Positions 46,401 through 60,227 of a stretch of DNA of 64,000 nt are shown here, piece by piece. The position numbers and the translations under genes are program-made. The notes under the pieces are model-generated. The model did not search any database and had not been told where the DNA came from. It saw only the letters and a program-made list of their open reading frames with translations. Position 1 is the first letter of the stretch. Every line of letters begins with the position of its first letter. Location of the stretch: the NCBI GenBank assembly GCA_964106915.2, contig OZ066915.1; one strand, written 5' to 3'. The stretch is from Podarcis gaigeae. Taxonomy: Eukaryota.

Positions 46401-49400
46401 CAGATAGTAGAACAATGAAACACTGATCTTGGTAACAGCAGCAGCAGCAGCGGATTTTGTGGGAAAGGGCAAGTGCAAACATGCCCTTTATTGGCTTATA
46501 TAAAGTTATACAAGCATTAAAAAAAAAGATTGCATAAGAAAATTTCAAACCAAAGGTATGAGTTATGAACAGTATCATTCCATTCCTGAATTCTTGCTTA
46601 GTTTCTGAAACTCGCATGATCTGAATCAGAAAGGAATTTGACTGGTGGTAGATTGGGAAGTGACTGAAAGATCTCAACCTATATTGGGTTCTTATAACTA
46701 TCTGCCCGAAATAAATCTTTTGTACTGGTGGGCTCTAAGTTGGGGTTGGCCAAAGACATTTTGCTTCCCGAGCTGAAGAACAAGATGGCATCCCACCTCC
46801 CCATTCCATGTACAGATGCTGACTGGACTTGCAGCTTAATCTTACTTCAGTACTGGCAATGAAATAGGCTAAGGGTGTAGGAAAGGCTGCGTGGCACACC
46901 CACCCACCTCTGTCTTCCAACAGAAGGGTAAGGCCAGGGGCCTTGAGTGAAAATAACATGGGAGGCATCCCAGCATCTGCTGAAAGAGCTGGCTGTCTCA
47001 TTCTGCCTAATTGTAGGGCAGGGCTTGCTCTAGGATAAGCTTAGTCTTCAGTGGTCAAAGTGGTTTGTCCTTGTGCTCAGGTCCATAAATGGTGTGCGCA
47101 ATTTTAGTGACCCACCTTGTGTCCTTGAATTCCTTGGGGACCCTGCAAGATATCAATGATGCATATGAGAAAAGAAAATACAAGGGAGGTGGGGGGGGGG
47201 GGAAAGTTGATCTGTAATTCAAGCCTTATCCTCAAATCCTCAATGTCTGTGCCATCATATTTATCTTTCAGACATTTTATTTAGATGTAGAGAAAAACAG
47301 AAGCCACTCGTGCAAATATGCCTGCATAATTCAGGGGATGTGGCTACAGTCTAGAGTAGACAGGCCTAACTGTTTTTCTTTTTTAGAATGCCGTCATCTT
47401 AGTTTGTTACTGGCCAACCTACAGCCTGAAAAGAATAAGGCACAAAGCTAGAACTTTAAATGCACTCATTCTACACCAGGTTTTGATGAATGGTACACGT
47501 CTTAAAGTTATCATTCTAAAAGTATTCTTTAAGATTAAACCATATAACCCATTGCATTTTTCTTTAGAAATCTACATTATATTTCAGCGTGGAAGGAATA
47601 TGTGAGCATGGAAACTTTCCTTTCAGACAGAAATATCAAGTCCCAAAGCCAAGTGAGAAAAACCAGAGGGCAGCCATGTTTGTTCATCTCTAAAGTGAGG
47701 CTGTGTGTTTAATTTTTATATCAAAATAGATTGGTTGGTAAAGGTAGCTCAATCCTGGCCCTGGCATACCCCACTGCTCTGGGGAAAATGGGGATGAGAG
47801 GCAAAGTGGTCCATTTTGTTTATCTTTTCTGAATCGTGTCATAAAAAAATACATCCTACCACTTCCCTTTCTTTAAATATGAACAGGGAAAACAGGTGAA
47901 GAGCAAAACTGGTTGCTTCTGTCATGTCCCATTTGTCTTATAAAATTTAACAGTAAATATATTAAAAATAGTGTCAATAAATGACAACTCTAAAGGGAGT
48001 TTGAACAGCCAGAACGTGACTGACATTCTGAGGACACAGAATCATGGAAGGTCTAGGAAACAGTGAAGCGAAATGTCTCAGCATTTTCTTGATGTTACCT
48101 GTCATTTATTTATTTGTCAACTTTTAGTTTGCCTACCTGTTGAAGTAGGCCATAATGCAGTATTTTGGCTAATATTCAAAAGGATTAACTGATCAATATA
48201 TTACCCCTTAATTTTTTTAAAAGATTCAAAAGAAAGAAATAAAAAAATGTCCAGTAGCACCTTAAAGACCAGCTAAGTTTGTTCTGGGTATAAGCATGCA
48301 CATGAAAGCTTATACCCAGAACAAACTTAGCCGGTCTCTAAGGTACTACTGGACAATAATTACAAGAGAAAATGGTATCAAGGATCATTAATGTACTAAG
48401 GCAGATGTAAAAGTTATTTGCCTTAACATTAGAAATAACTGAAGAAAGAAAGGGAAGGATAACATTCCCCTCCCCAAGAAACCTGTAGGGATAGGCTCAA
48501 TTGTGTATCCTTTGGCAGCAATATAATTAAATAACATGAATAAATTATATCCAGCAAGAAGTAAAATAGCAGAATTTCAAGCAAGGGCACATATTACTAT
48601 GCCATGATCTCAACAAAGATATTTAATGTAGGTTGGAAAAACCACATGGCATTTAGGTAATAGACTCACCTTATGCCCCTGTATTCCTTGAGGACCCTAA
48701 AGAAAGCAATAGTTCATTTGTTAAAGAATCCTAGTAAATCTTTCATTTTGTACACACAGCTATCAGACTTCTTCTCGAGGTAGAATACATTTGTTTGTAT
48801 CCCCCCCCCATTATCATGGGTTAAAAAACCCACCCCGATCTAAACAAAATAAAAGTTTGATCTAACTTTGTGCTTTCTAACTATAATGAAGTTGTCAGGG
48901 ATTCTAAAATTGTAGAAAGGAGCCTACCCTGACTTCACTGTCCCCTGCCAAATATCCATAAATATACTTCCTAAGGCAATGTGCATCCTTTTCTGGAAAA
49001 TGCCTTACCAATCTGTGATCACCAATATGTGTGTCACTACAAATGTCCACATTCAAACAGTTGTAACAAACAGAAATAGATTTTAAGACTGAAAATGTTT
49101 AACAGTGTACATTGTTCACTTTTTATTCAAGCTGGACCCCCAAATTCCCCTTCCCCAGATATGTGCTGAAATTACCACACAGCAGTTCTTACAGTCCACT
49201 TACGTACCTCGTCAATGCTCTGGTATGGGCTTGCCATCTGCTGGAAGGTTTAGGATCTGATCTAATGGCTAATTATATCAAAGGAAACGTTTGACTATCT
49301 GGATCTCTCCTATATATAGTCAGTGGGATCAACCTTCCTGTCAAACAACTAGAGTCAGCAGTAAAATGCCTGCTGAGCATATTGGGATCCAGGCTTACTG

Positions 49401-52400
49401 AAGCTTAGCTGTTCTGGGCATGCTCTCAGCATAGCATCTATCCTTCATGTGTGCAGTGTGGCGTTTGGGTCTTTAGCACTACATTCCATCACAAACATTT
49501 TACTTCACACAAGGAATCATTTCATAGCTGCATGGAAACCCTTGTTATGGGGTTTTGTTTTTTGGCTCCCAACTCTGCCGGGTGTTATTCCATGCTTATC
49601 CCACAGAAAAAGTAGATAAAATATTAGAGATAAAATTATCTCATTTGCTAAAGTTACTAAGTTGATTTTATTGCAACAACTCAGTGGTTAAGTATTTTAG
49701 GTTTGCACACTCATCATCAACGGTTGTTGATCTGCACACAAAATAAACCTCCCTGGATAGGTTAGAGCCACAGAGATTGTAACCTGGTAAATAATCTGAG
49801 TATTAAAACAGAAGACTTACCGTAGGGCCTGGTGGACCTGGTAGACCTGGAACGCCAGGAGGTCCTGGTTCAGCTATAATCTGCACCTATGGATTTTGTT
49901 ACACAGTGAAGTGATTTGACAGAATACAGACTTGTATGGGCATGATAAAAAAAACAACACATTTAGAATGAAAAATAATTATTGGTGAATGAAAATGCTC
50001 TTAAGAAATATAGAGAACAAAGCAATTAATAAAAACTTTTGTAAAGAACATTAAATAAAAAAGTGTTTTTTTAAAGTCATTTTTTTTAAAAAAACATTCT
50101 TTTAAAAAAGCTAACGTAACACATAATGAGTGTGTTCCAGGTTATTATGGGTGCAGTATGCACATGCAACCAATACCCACAGGCTGAATAGTGCTCTGTT
50201 CTCCCCAATGCCTTGCTGATGGGTGTGTGCAAAGATGGCCTGGCAGGCCATTCAGGAGAAGACTGAAATTTAATCTCTTGGCCATTTCTAAGGCTGCTCT
50301 TCTGACCTCATTTCTGTATCTTAGGCAAACAATTTAAATTCGAATCAGATGTGATAGTTTTTCACCCTGGAAAGCCTACCATATATATTTGATTTATACA
50401 CAGGTATTGAGGTACACAGATAGTTCAGGCAGAAAACAGCAGACATATGTAATACTTGTTGTGTTGAAGAAAATTCCTGGCCTGTAGGAAAATTGTTAGC
50501 ATGTGAAGCAGTCTTTAGGTCATGATATTTATTGATAAGTGATTCTCACTGAAATCAACAGGACATATTTCCAAATGAATGCATTTTGACTTGGGTTCTG
50601 AAAACACTATTAAAAGTAAAGACTGTCACAACACGTATTAATTATGTTGCAAAAATTCAGGAACCTGTAATGTGGAGTCTCAGTGAAACAAAAGTCCTGT
50701 TTCATATTAAAAAGTGACTATTGTCCTGCCAGTGTGGAATACCTGAAGTGGGGTGACCCAGTGGAGGGGCCTTCTCAGTGGTGGCACCCTCCATATGGAA
50801 TTTGTCGCCTTTGGAGGAGTGCTATGTGCCACCAAATATTCAGTTTCATCATTTGCTTAAGGAGCACCTCTTCACACAATGTGCCCCTTCTGATAGTGTT
50901 TGGGCATAGGTCTTTTGGATCTTTTGATTTGCTGTACAGCCCACAGGACTTTAATCTTACTGCTGATTTGTACAATGTAACGGATTTGGGAATTTTAAAA
51001 TATGTTTTCCTATTGGCTCTGTGTTACTTTGTATTTGTATTGTGAACATTTCTTAATGGCGATATAAATATAAATGAAATAGAACAGATAAACGGAACAT
51101 ACGTCTCTCTCAGTATGTTTACAACTTACAAGATCCTTCTCACAGGGAGCGCCAGGTTCTCCTTTTGGTCCATCAATGCCCTAAATAGTAAAAAGAAATA
51201 GTCTGGTGTCTGAGGATGTATTTTAAGACATAAAGTTTGTGGAATAAGAAGATTATGGTGGGGATTCTCTTTATCTAAACTAACATACAAGCCTATTAAT
51301 TTTCGGTGGGAGTTTTTTCTTGCAGGGCTGAACTTTTCTTGGCTCTGATATTGTGTCAGTAACAGGCAAATTATTTATTATTATTATTTCCCCTATGCCT
51401 GGCAATTCCAGCTGAGCTGTGCTAGGAAATAGTAGGCAGCATGACAGCACTGTAAATGGCTATATACAATGTGCTTGTTACTCTTCATGTTTCTTGTAGA
51501 AAGTCCCATCTATATAAACTGCTATCAACCACTTCTTCATAGCGAGATCTCATGCGGATGTCTATGCACCTGCAACCCATGTCTGTGAGGCCAGTCACAT
51601 GGCTCCTTCCCACCCAATCACAACCCTCACTCCCAGGAAGGACTCAAAACAATTCACCTCCCTAATTTTACTGCAGGATTCAGGTTCATAACACTTCAGA
51701 AAAATAGTTCCCATCCTGCTAGCATATGAATAAAGCCTCAAATGATTAAGAGACAGTGTTATCTAAAGAGTCACCTGTACCTGCCTGAGCTTGCCAAAGC
51801 ATTGGCTTTGGAGGCAAGAGCCATTAGACTGTCAGGTAACGGGGAAAAGACTCTCTTCCATGCTTTTGGAACTCCCCACTCCAGGGGGCTAAGTATGGTT
51901 TAATAACTGCTAGTCTTTAAAAAACCTCTGAAGACACAATAATAGAAGTCTGTGTGGGTTTAATTGTGCTGCACTTTTTCACGCAACGCACAGATAAAAC
52001 ATGGTAATTGCTCACACAAGAGGCAGTGATGGCCACTAACTCAAATGGCTTTAAAATATGAGTAGAACAACATATGGAGGAAACAGCTATCAACTGCTAC
52101 TAGCTAGTGTATCTATGCTCTTCCTCCACTGTCAGAGGCAGTGTGAGGTGAAGAGATTCACAAGTGGAATTGAGCTGGACACTCAGAGAACAGGATGCTG
52201 GAGTCTGGACTTAGATAGGCCTTTGGCCTGATCGAGCGAGGCTTATGTTTCTCTTTCTTATGCTTATGCTCTTAAGCCCCTGATATATAATACACACAAG
52301 TGAAAATTAACTTTTTTCTGGTAATTAGCATCTATGACAACCGTCTAGTCCCAAATTATGTTGAAGACAGACATACCGGTGGACCAGACAAGCCCATTTC

Positions 52401-55400
52401 TCCTGTCTCTCCTCTCTCTCCCGCTATTCCAGGGTTTCCTTGGTCTCCTTTCAATCCTTTCGGACCCTACAATGTAAAGGAACAGCATGTTTTCCCCCCT
52501 CATCACCAGATAGATTCAGAGTTATGAACACACACATTCTGCACATGCCCACCCAAAGTAGCCCTCCATATTCAGTAGTCTGCGAACTCTGAAAAGGGGT
52601 TGGCAGACTTGGCAAGGGAAAATCAGGTCAGTATTATACACATATACTGACAGACACTTTTCTGTTTCTATAAGGTTTCTATAAGCTAAAATTAATAATT
52701 TCCTAATACAGCCTGCTAGAAAACATCTGTCAGCCCACAAAACATATATAAATGGTAGGTGCTGAATGGAAGCACCAGAAAGCTCTTTTATTAAAAGAAC
52801 TGATACTCACAGCAGACAAGTGGACAACAGAGTCACTTACAGTTACTTTGAAATGTAATTTGCTCAAGTACCAACCTACATCTATCACCCCAGTCCCCTA
52901 ACAAATACCCTTTTCCATTATGAGTGCAGATGCAGCAATAGAAAGAATGCTGTGGGAACACAGAGGGTGGTACTTTACAAGAGCATAACCAATTAAATGA
53001 ATGGACCTAACTCAGCCATGTTCCATAATTTCAATGGGTCTCCTCTGAGTAAACCTTAGTTGAACACCACCCATAAACACAAATGCAGATTTTTAAACTG
53101 AAGGATAGAATTTGAGGGGAGGGAGTTGTTTTGCCAAAAGAAGTCACAGGAACTTTAAAAAGAAAAGAAACCTCAGGCTGCTTGTTACCTATCAGATTGC
53201 ACATCTTGTCCAGATACTCGCTGAGTTAGTGGGATGTGCAAAAACCTGGGGAGCCAAAATAGAACAGAAAGAGGAGACAGGCTGGACACAAATCCTGCTA
53301 GTGAACAGATGCTGAGAACTGCAGCAGCTGATGCCACCCTGACTGAGGGCAAAGTGGCCATTCCAGGCTCCAGCCAAAAAAGGGCCTACTGATCTCTTTA
53401 AAGTGTGGACCATGACTTTCTCAGGGAGCCTCTGTGAGGAGGCTCTATTTAGGAATCTAACCTTGTTTTCCAAGCAGCTTTATGAATTCCTTCAGGAATC
53501 TCCCCACCCCTCAGGTTATCAGAGACGCTACAGCAGGCACTTACACACCCATTTCCCATAGTGTGTGTGTGTGTGTGTGATGCACTTTGTATACCAAACA
53601 ACTGTATCTGTGAAAACAGTATTTAGTGATAGATATTGAAAACAGACATACTGGGAGACCACTCATGCCAACATCTCCTTTCTCTCCTTTTTGTCCGATG
53701 AGTCCGGAGCTTCCTTGGTCTCCTTTCGAACCTTTAGGACCCTGTAATTTTAAGGGGGGGGGTGGAATGTAAGATAATTGGGTTTTAATTAATAGTAGTC
53801 ATTATTTTCCAGTGTTACTCTGTTAGAATATTTTTTATTTTGATTGTGTTAGAGGAACTGCTGACAATCAAACACTGATTAAGAAGTGGAATGGAATTTA
53901 ATAGATCAGGTGGATGTGACAGGAAACATCAATAAAGATGAGGACATGCACACACTCATCCTGCACACAACAATCTTAAGTATTTATTTTGAATTAGATG
54001 TAAATTAAATTACTGACTGCAATAATTTGATCATGTATCATGGAGGGGTGCTTAATAAAGACTCGGATGGAAAGATGCAACATAGGATAATGGCTCTGCC
54101 TTCCCTCTCTGTGCTCAGGAATGATTGGAGGGTGGAGCAGAGCTTTAGTTCCGGTTGCTTGAACACTTTATTTGGGAAATGACAATCAGGTGTGAACCTC
54201 ATAGAGACCAAATCATATCAAAATTAAAAACATTGCAATTAATATATATATATATTTACAATTATTGTCTCTGTATTCCACACACACACACACACACACA
54301 CACACCATGCCATGCAGATTAAAAATTAGTAGGTTGTCAAGGATATGGAATGGTTGGAAAAACTGCAGGATGAAGAGTTTGCAATTTGCCTATATTTGCC
54401 TCTGAAGACTGCATGCATGCCAACCACTTTAGTAACTCTCAAACATTTAATAGGTAGTTTCAGCCTATTACAGAACTTTAGTCACACAACTGAATGCAAA
54501 TTTATTCATAATGCTCCCGGCCACACCTTCTCTCCATCAACTCCAGGCGGGCCAGGCAATCCAAGTTCCCCCTGGAACAAAAAAAACGGGATAAATCAGA
54601 GCAATGACCGCATCATGAATCTAACCAATAAAAATCTTTTTCCCTTCCCCCAAAGAACTACCGTATATATTCCAGTACTCAAAATTTTAAAGGTGCACGA
54701 TTAATGTTACATATTTCAAGGGAAATGTCAAATTTATTTAAGCCAAGACTTGTGACCTGGTGACTTTTCAACAAACCTTCCAAATAGAGAAAAAACAAAA
54801 AAAATTCCTTCCAGTAGCACCTTAAAGACCAACTAAGTCAGTTCTTGGTATGAGCTTTCGTGTGCATGCACACTTCTTCAGATACCAAATAGAGATTAAA
54901 CTAGGTCAGCCCTAGAGGATCTTCAGCCAGCATGTGGGCTAGCTGATCAATCAATTCATGCCTAATGCCATTGCCAACACTGTTTTATCTGGAACCAATA
55001 AAATTGTGGCTTAATTTGAATCCAACACTTGTCTCTTGCTTCCTTTGCCATCCGCACATCCCACCATGGTCTCACTATGCCTGGGCCCACAAACAAGTGA
55101 TTATACACACTTGTTAAAATTCTTCTCCCTTTGCTAATCTTTGAAACTTTGAACACGTTACCCATCACTCTGACTCCCCCAAAGTTATCCAAGGGGATAT
55201 GCCATGAACAGAAGATTCACATATAAACCAAGCTCAGTGTTGCCAAGCAGGTACTGAGTACAGTACAGAACAAAATACATTTTATGTAAAAGGGAGTAAA
55301 ACCCAACCTTTGGTCCTGGAGCTCCTTGGGGGCCTGGGGGCCCTTGGGGACCTGGCGGGCCCTGGAACAAAAGACAGCAAATTATCTGTTAACTGCTGTT

Positions 55401-58400
55401 AATACAAACATTTTGAATTAACAGAGATGAAAAACAACTGGCAACAAAATCTACGGTTAGCAGGTCATTTAGTTTCCAATTTAAATCCATCTTCCATAAT
55501 GCAGATAATTTCCCCAAGAGGCTAGGAAGGGGATGATCAGAAACAATAGAGAAAGGTGGGAAGTGGCTCCATGACCCCCTGCTGCTTTTTCTGCCTGTCT
55601 CCAAAGGAGTCTTCAGAATTCTCAACCATTAGAGCACAGCTACAGTTTCCCCTGCAGATGACTAGAGCAACACCTAGCTGGGACAGAGGACAACTCCCCT
55701 TGGGAGTTCTGCCATCTTAATGTAATGATGATGGGAATAGTGAGCCAAACGTAAGCACTCTTAAAACCCACTGATTTCAACATGAAATGTGAAGCATGTT
55801 TTCAAAATAATGCCTAATGCAATTTTAAAGAAGCAAGCCAGAAACTATGAAACAAAGCAATTAAACACTTATTACTTGATTATCACTGTGTCTGACATCA
55901 TGCTGCCAATGATTCAACCTAAGGGATTATGTCATTATTTTGTTAACAGAAATCAAATGTTTGGTAGAAAATTTCTGAGAACCATGATAAAAAAATCTAA
56001 AGCAGAAAAGCCACATGCTAGGCCATTAAAAAAACACAAATCCACACAGGCATCTGGCACATAACAATTTTACCGTCAATCTGAGTTTCCCTGCAGCCTG
56101 TTATAAAACAGTTAGAATAGTTTTCAAATGTATTAAGAATTAAATATTTATGCTATTCAAATACTTTTCCAATGGAAAAGACCATCATCTAAACATTTTT
56201 TTATTGTTGAGAACATTATTATATAACCCCCCCCCCCCATTTGATCTGAAAGGACAAACTGAAATTCTACCCCAATCAGTCTCCTTGCAGTCATTATGGA
56301 AGTTACAACCCGCTAAGTAACAAAGAGCTGCTTTTTTCATTTGTGAGTCACTCCCACCAGATGTGCCTGAATTTGCCTACAGCTGTTTCTGGTGGTTTCT
56401 AAAAACAGTTTTGATGGTCACCACACTGAACAGCTTAGCTGCTTTTGACCTATTCAGAAACAACATAGATACCACTATAGGCACAAATTATTGCACTAGC
56501 CTAGCATGTATAAAGGATTCCACATTTGATTCTCACTTCCTTCCAGAGCATCCATCCTTGTCATAACATTTCTCTTTCAAGGTCCATTGCCCTTGATTGT
56601 CCCTTGCTTTTGATGACAGATTTGGTGATGGAGTTGTAGCAAAAAGCTCTGGCAACATGGACAGTTTGCTATGGCTTCTGTGGACCATGCCCAAATTCCT
56701 CAAACTGGCTTGTATGTTGGACTTTTGATTCTTATTTGAGTATCAATCTTGCCATCATGTCCTTTGTAGGCTTTCCAAAGGTGGGAAACAGGACACTGAG
56801 CCAAATCACCCTTTGGTCTGATGTATCAGGGCTCTTCTAATGTTACTAAAATTTAGTGCCACTTCATGTTGAAGCAAATTGTATAATTATTACATTATTA
56901 TCATAAAGGTTACCTTGAGAGCTTCCAAGATTCTACCATCGTAGTCAATTACTACTGTATCACCCTGTTCTCCTTTCAGGCCTGGAGGACCCTACAAAGA
57001 AAAGAAAAGGTAATTGTAAACTTTATGGGAATAGAAATAATTTTCTGCTTTTCACATGCTATTAAGAAGTCACAGTAAATTCTAGTTTCATACTTTAATA
57101 CGGTGCTTTAATTGCTACAGTCTAGATAATAACTCTTCACTGGATGAAAGTGGAATAAACCACCTATGCTGTGACAGTCCCATTAAGGCCCATTGGGTAC
57201 TGGAGGTCCTACTCTTAGAACCATCATTAGTTAAGATAACCTTGGCAGATGCTTTTGCAGTAGTAGCAACACAACTATGGAATACCTCCACCAGGGAAAT
57301 CCTCCAAGCACATTCTCAATGTCATGAGCTATGAAAATATTTTTATTCCTCTATGCTTTGGCACAACAATCCTATGCTTGTCTACTCAGAAGTAAATAAG
57401 AAGTCAGATTCCAAAGCAGCTATAGGGCTGCAGCCAAACAGTGCAATTCTCTATGTATGTCTACTCAGTAGTAAATCCCCTTTGAGTTCAATGATGGAAC
57501 CACCCAGTTAAGTGTGTCTAGGGCTGCAGTCTAAATGTTACTGTCTCTTCACACATCTTGCACCCACCTCCATTTCTGTTGGACCTTTTCTCTTAAGCCC
57601 CCAGCCCCCCCCCGGCTCCAGCCTCGCAGGTGGAGCCAAACACCATAAATAACTGCCCCCTCCTCCTGGATCAGTCTCCTGCCCTCTTCTCTCTGCAATC
57701 AGAGAACTGCCTGACAATGATGTATGACGTAGGTCCTGGTGCAAAATGATTCGAATGCACTTCTATATGGAAGGCAGAGATGTCATAGCACATGGAACCT
57801 CCCTTTGAGGTTTTCAATGGCCTATAAAAGTCAAAACTAGTACCCAACCCATTTTATAAGTCCACACACAAATGTCAAAGACTGAAATTCAAGGAAACTA
57901 TTTTCTACTCCAGAATATTTATACTGATTGTATTATTGCCAACGGGGAAAATCCCTAGCTTTTGCATAGTTAATTTATCTTCCACAAATCTCACAGTGTA
58001 TTCTTTCAGCTTGAGTGTTTATTTTAGGGAGCTAAAGAAAGAACAAAAGTAATTCATACCCTTGGCCCAATGTGTCCATCTGCTCCTCTTTCACCAGGTT
58101 CACCCTGAAAATAAATGTTTGTTACTCTAAAATATTGATTCAGAGACAAGATATGTCACATATCTATGTGTCTTGAGGAGCACAGCATAAGCAATAGCAG
58201 GCTTAAAAGACCTTCACACAATCCAGCTGCAAAACAAATCAGCCAAACCAGATACAAGATAATAAAACTGCCCTGCAGGTTTTAGTGTAACAATATGCAT
58301 ACCACACTGCTGCAAAACCAACTAACTTTTGAACAAGAAATTAGCCTGGCATATAAAATTAATCATGTCATGATTATACTTTTGCTTTCACATATTGTAT

Positions 58401-60175
58401 TTTGTGCTTGCATTGTTTACACTGTCAAATATTTCTTCTTGTAATCTCTGTAGGATATGAAAAATTAACATGGCAAGTAGCAAAAAGACACTCTAGCACG
58501 TCAAATCTTTATAAATTAAAATAGTTGCCACATTTACTGTAGGTATTCTGAAACACAACGTTCTTCAGTTTTCCAGCATAAAAAGAGCTATAACCTAATA
58601 AAGAGGAAGCTAAGTTTGATGCAGACTTCATGAAAATACAGATCAGCTCCAAGGATTAGCAACTTGTTTAAATGGATGTAGCACAAACAAATGTTTCCTT
58701 TTCTCCACTTCAAGACGGAGACTCATGAAAAATTACATAATCAATTCTAAAATGTTTTATCTTGGAATGAACAAGGAGGCAATTAAAAGAACACTCTTTT
58801 CCCTTCTTCCTAACTGATCGAACAGAGAAGCATACCAATGAATGTTGCACTGGTTCAAGCCATACATTTTTGCCCCCTCTCTGCTGGCTTCCTCCACTTC
58901 CTCCTTCAGTGGGGAAAAGCTAATAAGTTCGGCTGGGTGGGTGCTTCAGAAAGCAAGAAAGGTCTCACCATTACGGTCATATGTCAGGGGCATCTAGCTC
59001 AATGCAGCTGGCCAGTTTACTGTTTTATCATTTCATATCATACCTATCTTCTTTCCTGGAAGACTGAAAAAGTAGGAGGCTTAAATGAGACCTGCTGTTC
59101 CTACAGTAATGCAGTTCTGTGTGCATCATGGCAGGTTTTTAAAAATGCAAATTGTAATTGCTGGGTGGGCAGGATAATTACCAGAGGCAATATGGAGAGG
59201 GAATTTAAATCTTGCTGTGGTCCAGGGAAAACAATCCTCTTCTGAATCTGGTATTTGATTTCAAAGGAGCTCAGTTGGTTAGAGCCTGGTGCTGATAACG
59301 CCAAGTTTGCAAGTGCAAACCCCGTATGGGACAGCTGCATATTCCTGCATTGCAAGGGGTTGGACTAGATGATCCTTAGGGTCCCTTCCAACTCTACAAT
59401 TCTAGGATTCTATGAATCAAATAGGGATTATCAAAGGTGATTTTCTCAGCCCCTCAGCAGAGGAAGAAAGGGTTAGATTCTTTCTCCATATTAGCTCTGA
59501 CATTACTAATTATCAACAAGCCCCCGAAGCAATTTGCATTGCAAAAAAAATTGCAGGTTAAATGCAAATACACTTTTAACTCGTCTAGACTAGGCATCCT
59601 TCTTAAATGGAGATTATAATTTATTTATATTTCATCTATAGGTCTTCATTTTGCTTTGAGCCTGACATTCAGAATAGAATAGGGGTCACCACCCCTTTTG
59701 GGTTTGTGGGCACAGTTGCAATCTGAAGAAATTTCATTTCCCCCCCTCCAAGGCTATTTTTGGGGGGTGGGCAGTGGAAGCAAGAGCACCCCAGCTGCAA
59801 TCTCCAGAAAGATCCTCCCCACAAAAATCCCTCTATGTTGGACACTGCATTGGTGACCCATGGAACAGAAAATCTTCAGGTAATAAAGAAACCTGCAGCT
59901 CATATGATACAATGCCCTAGAAGAGGCTGATTACAGATACAGTGTGGTGTAGTGGTTAAGAGCGGTGGATTTGTAATCTGGTGAACCGGGTTCACATCTC
60001 GGCTCCTCCACATGCAGCTGCTGGGTGACCTTGGGCCAGTCACACTTCTCTGAAGTCTCTCAGCCCCAATCACCTCACAGAGTGCTTATTGTGGGGGAGG
60101 AAGGGAAAAGGAGATTGTGAGCTGCTTTGAGACTCCTTAGGGTAGTAATAAAGCGGGATATCAAATCCAAACTCT

Positions 60176-60227
<52 letters not shown>

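Noticed and set aside
50456-50481. AG/GT-flanked segment in a COL23A1 intron
   Set aside because: 26 nt, frameshifting, weak donor, and no collagen or linker similarity.
59266-59335. tRNA-like sequences here and at 3705, 24217 and 59941
   Set aside because: They are SINE heads with degenerate cloverleafs, continuous with SINE bodies and tails.
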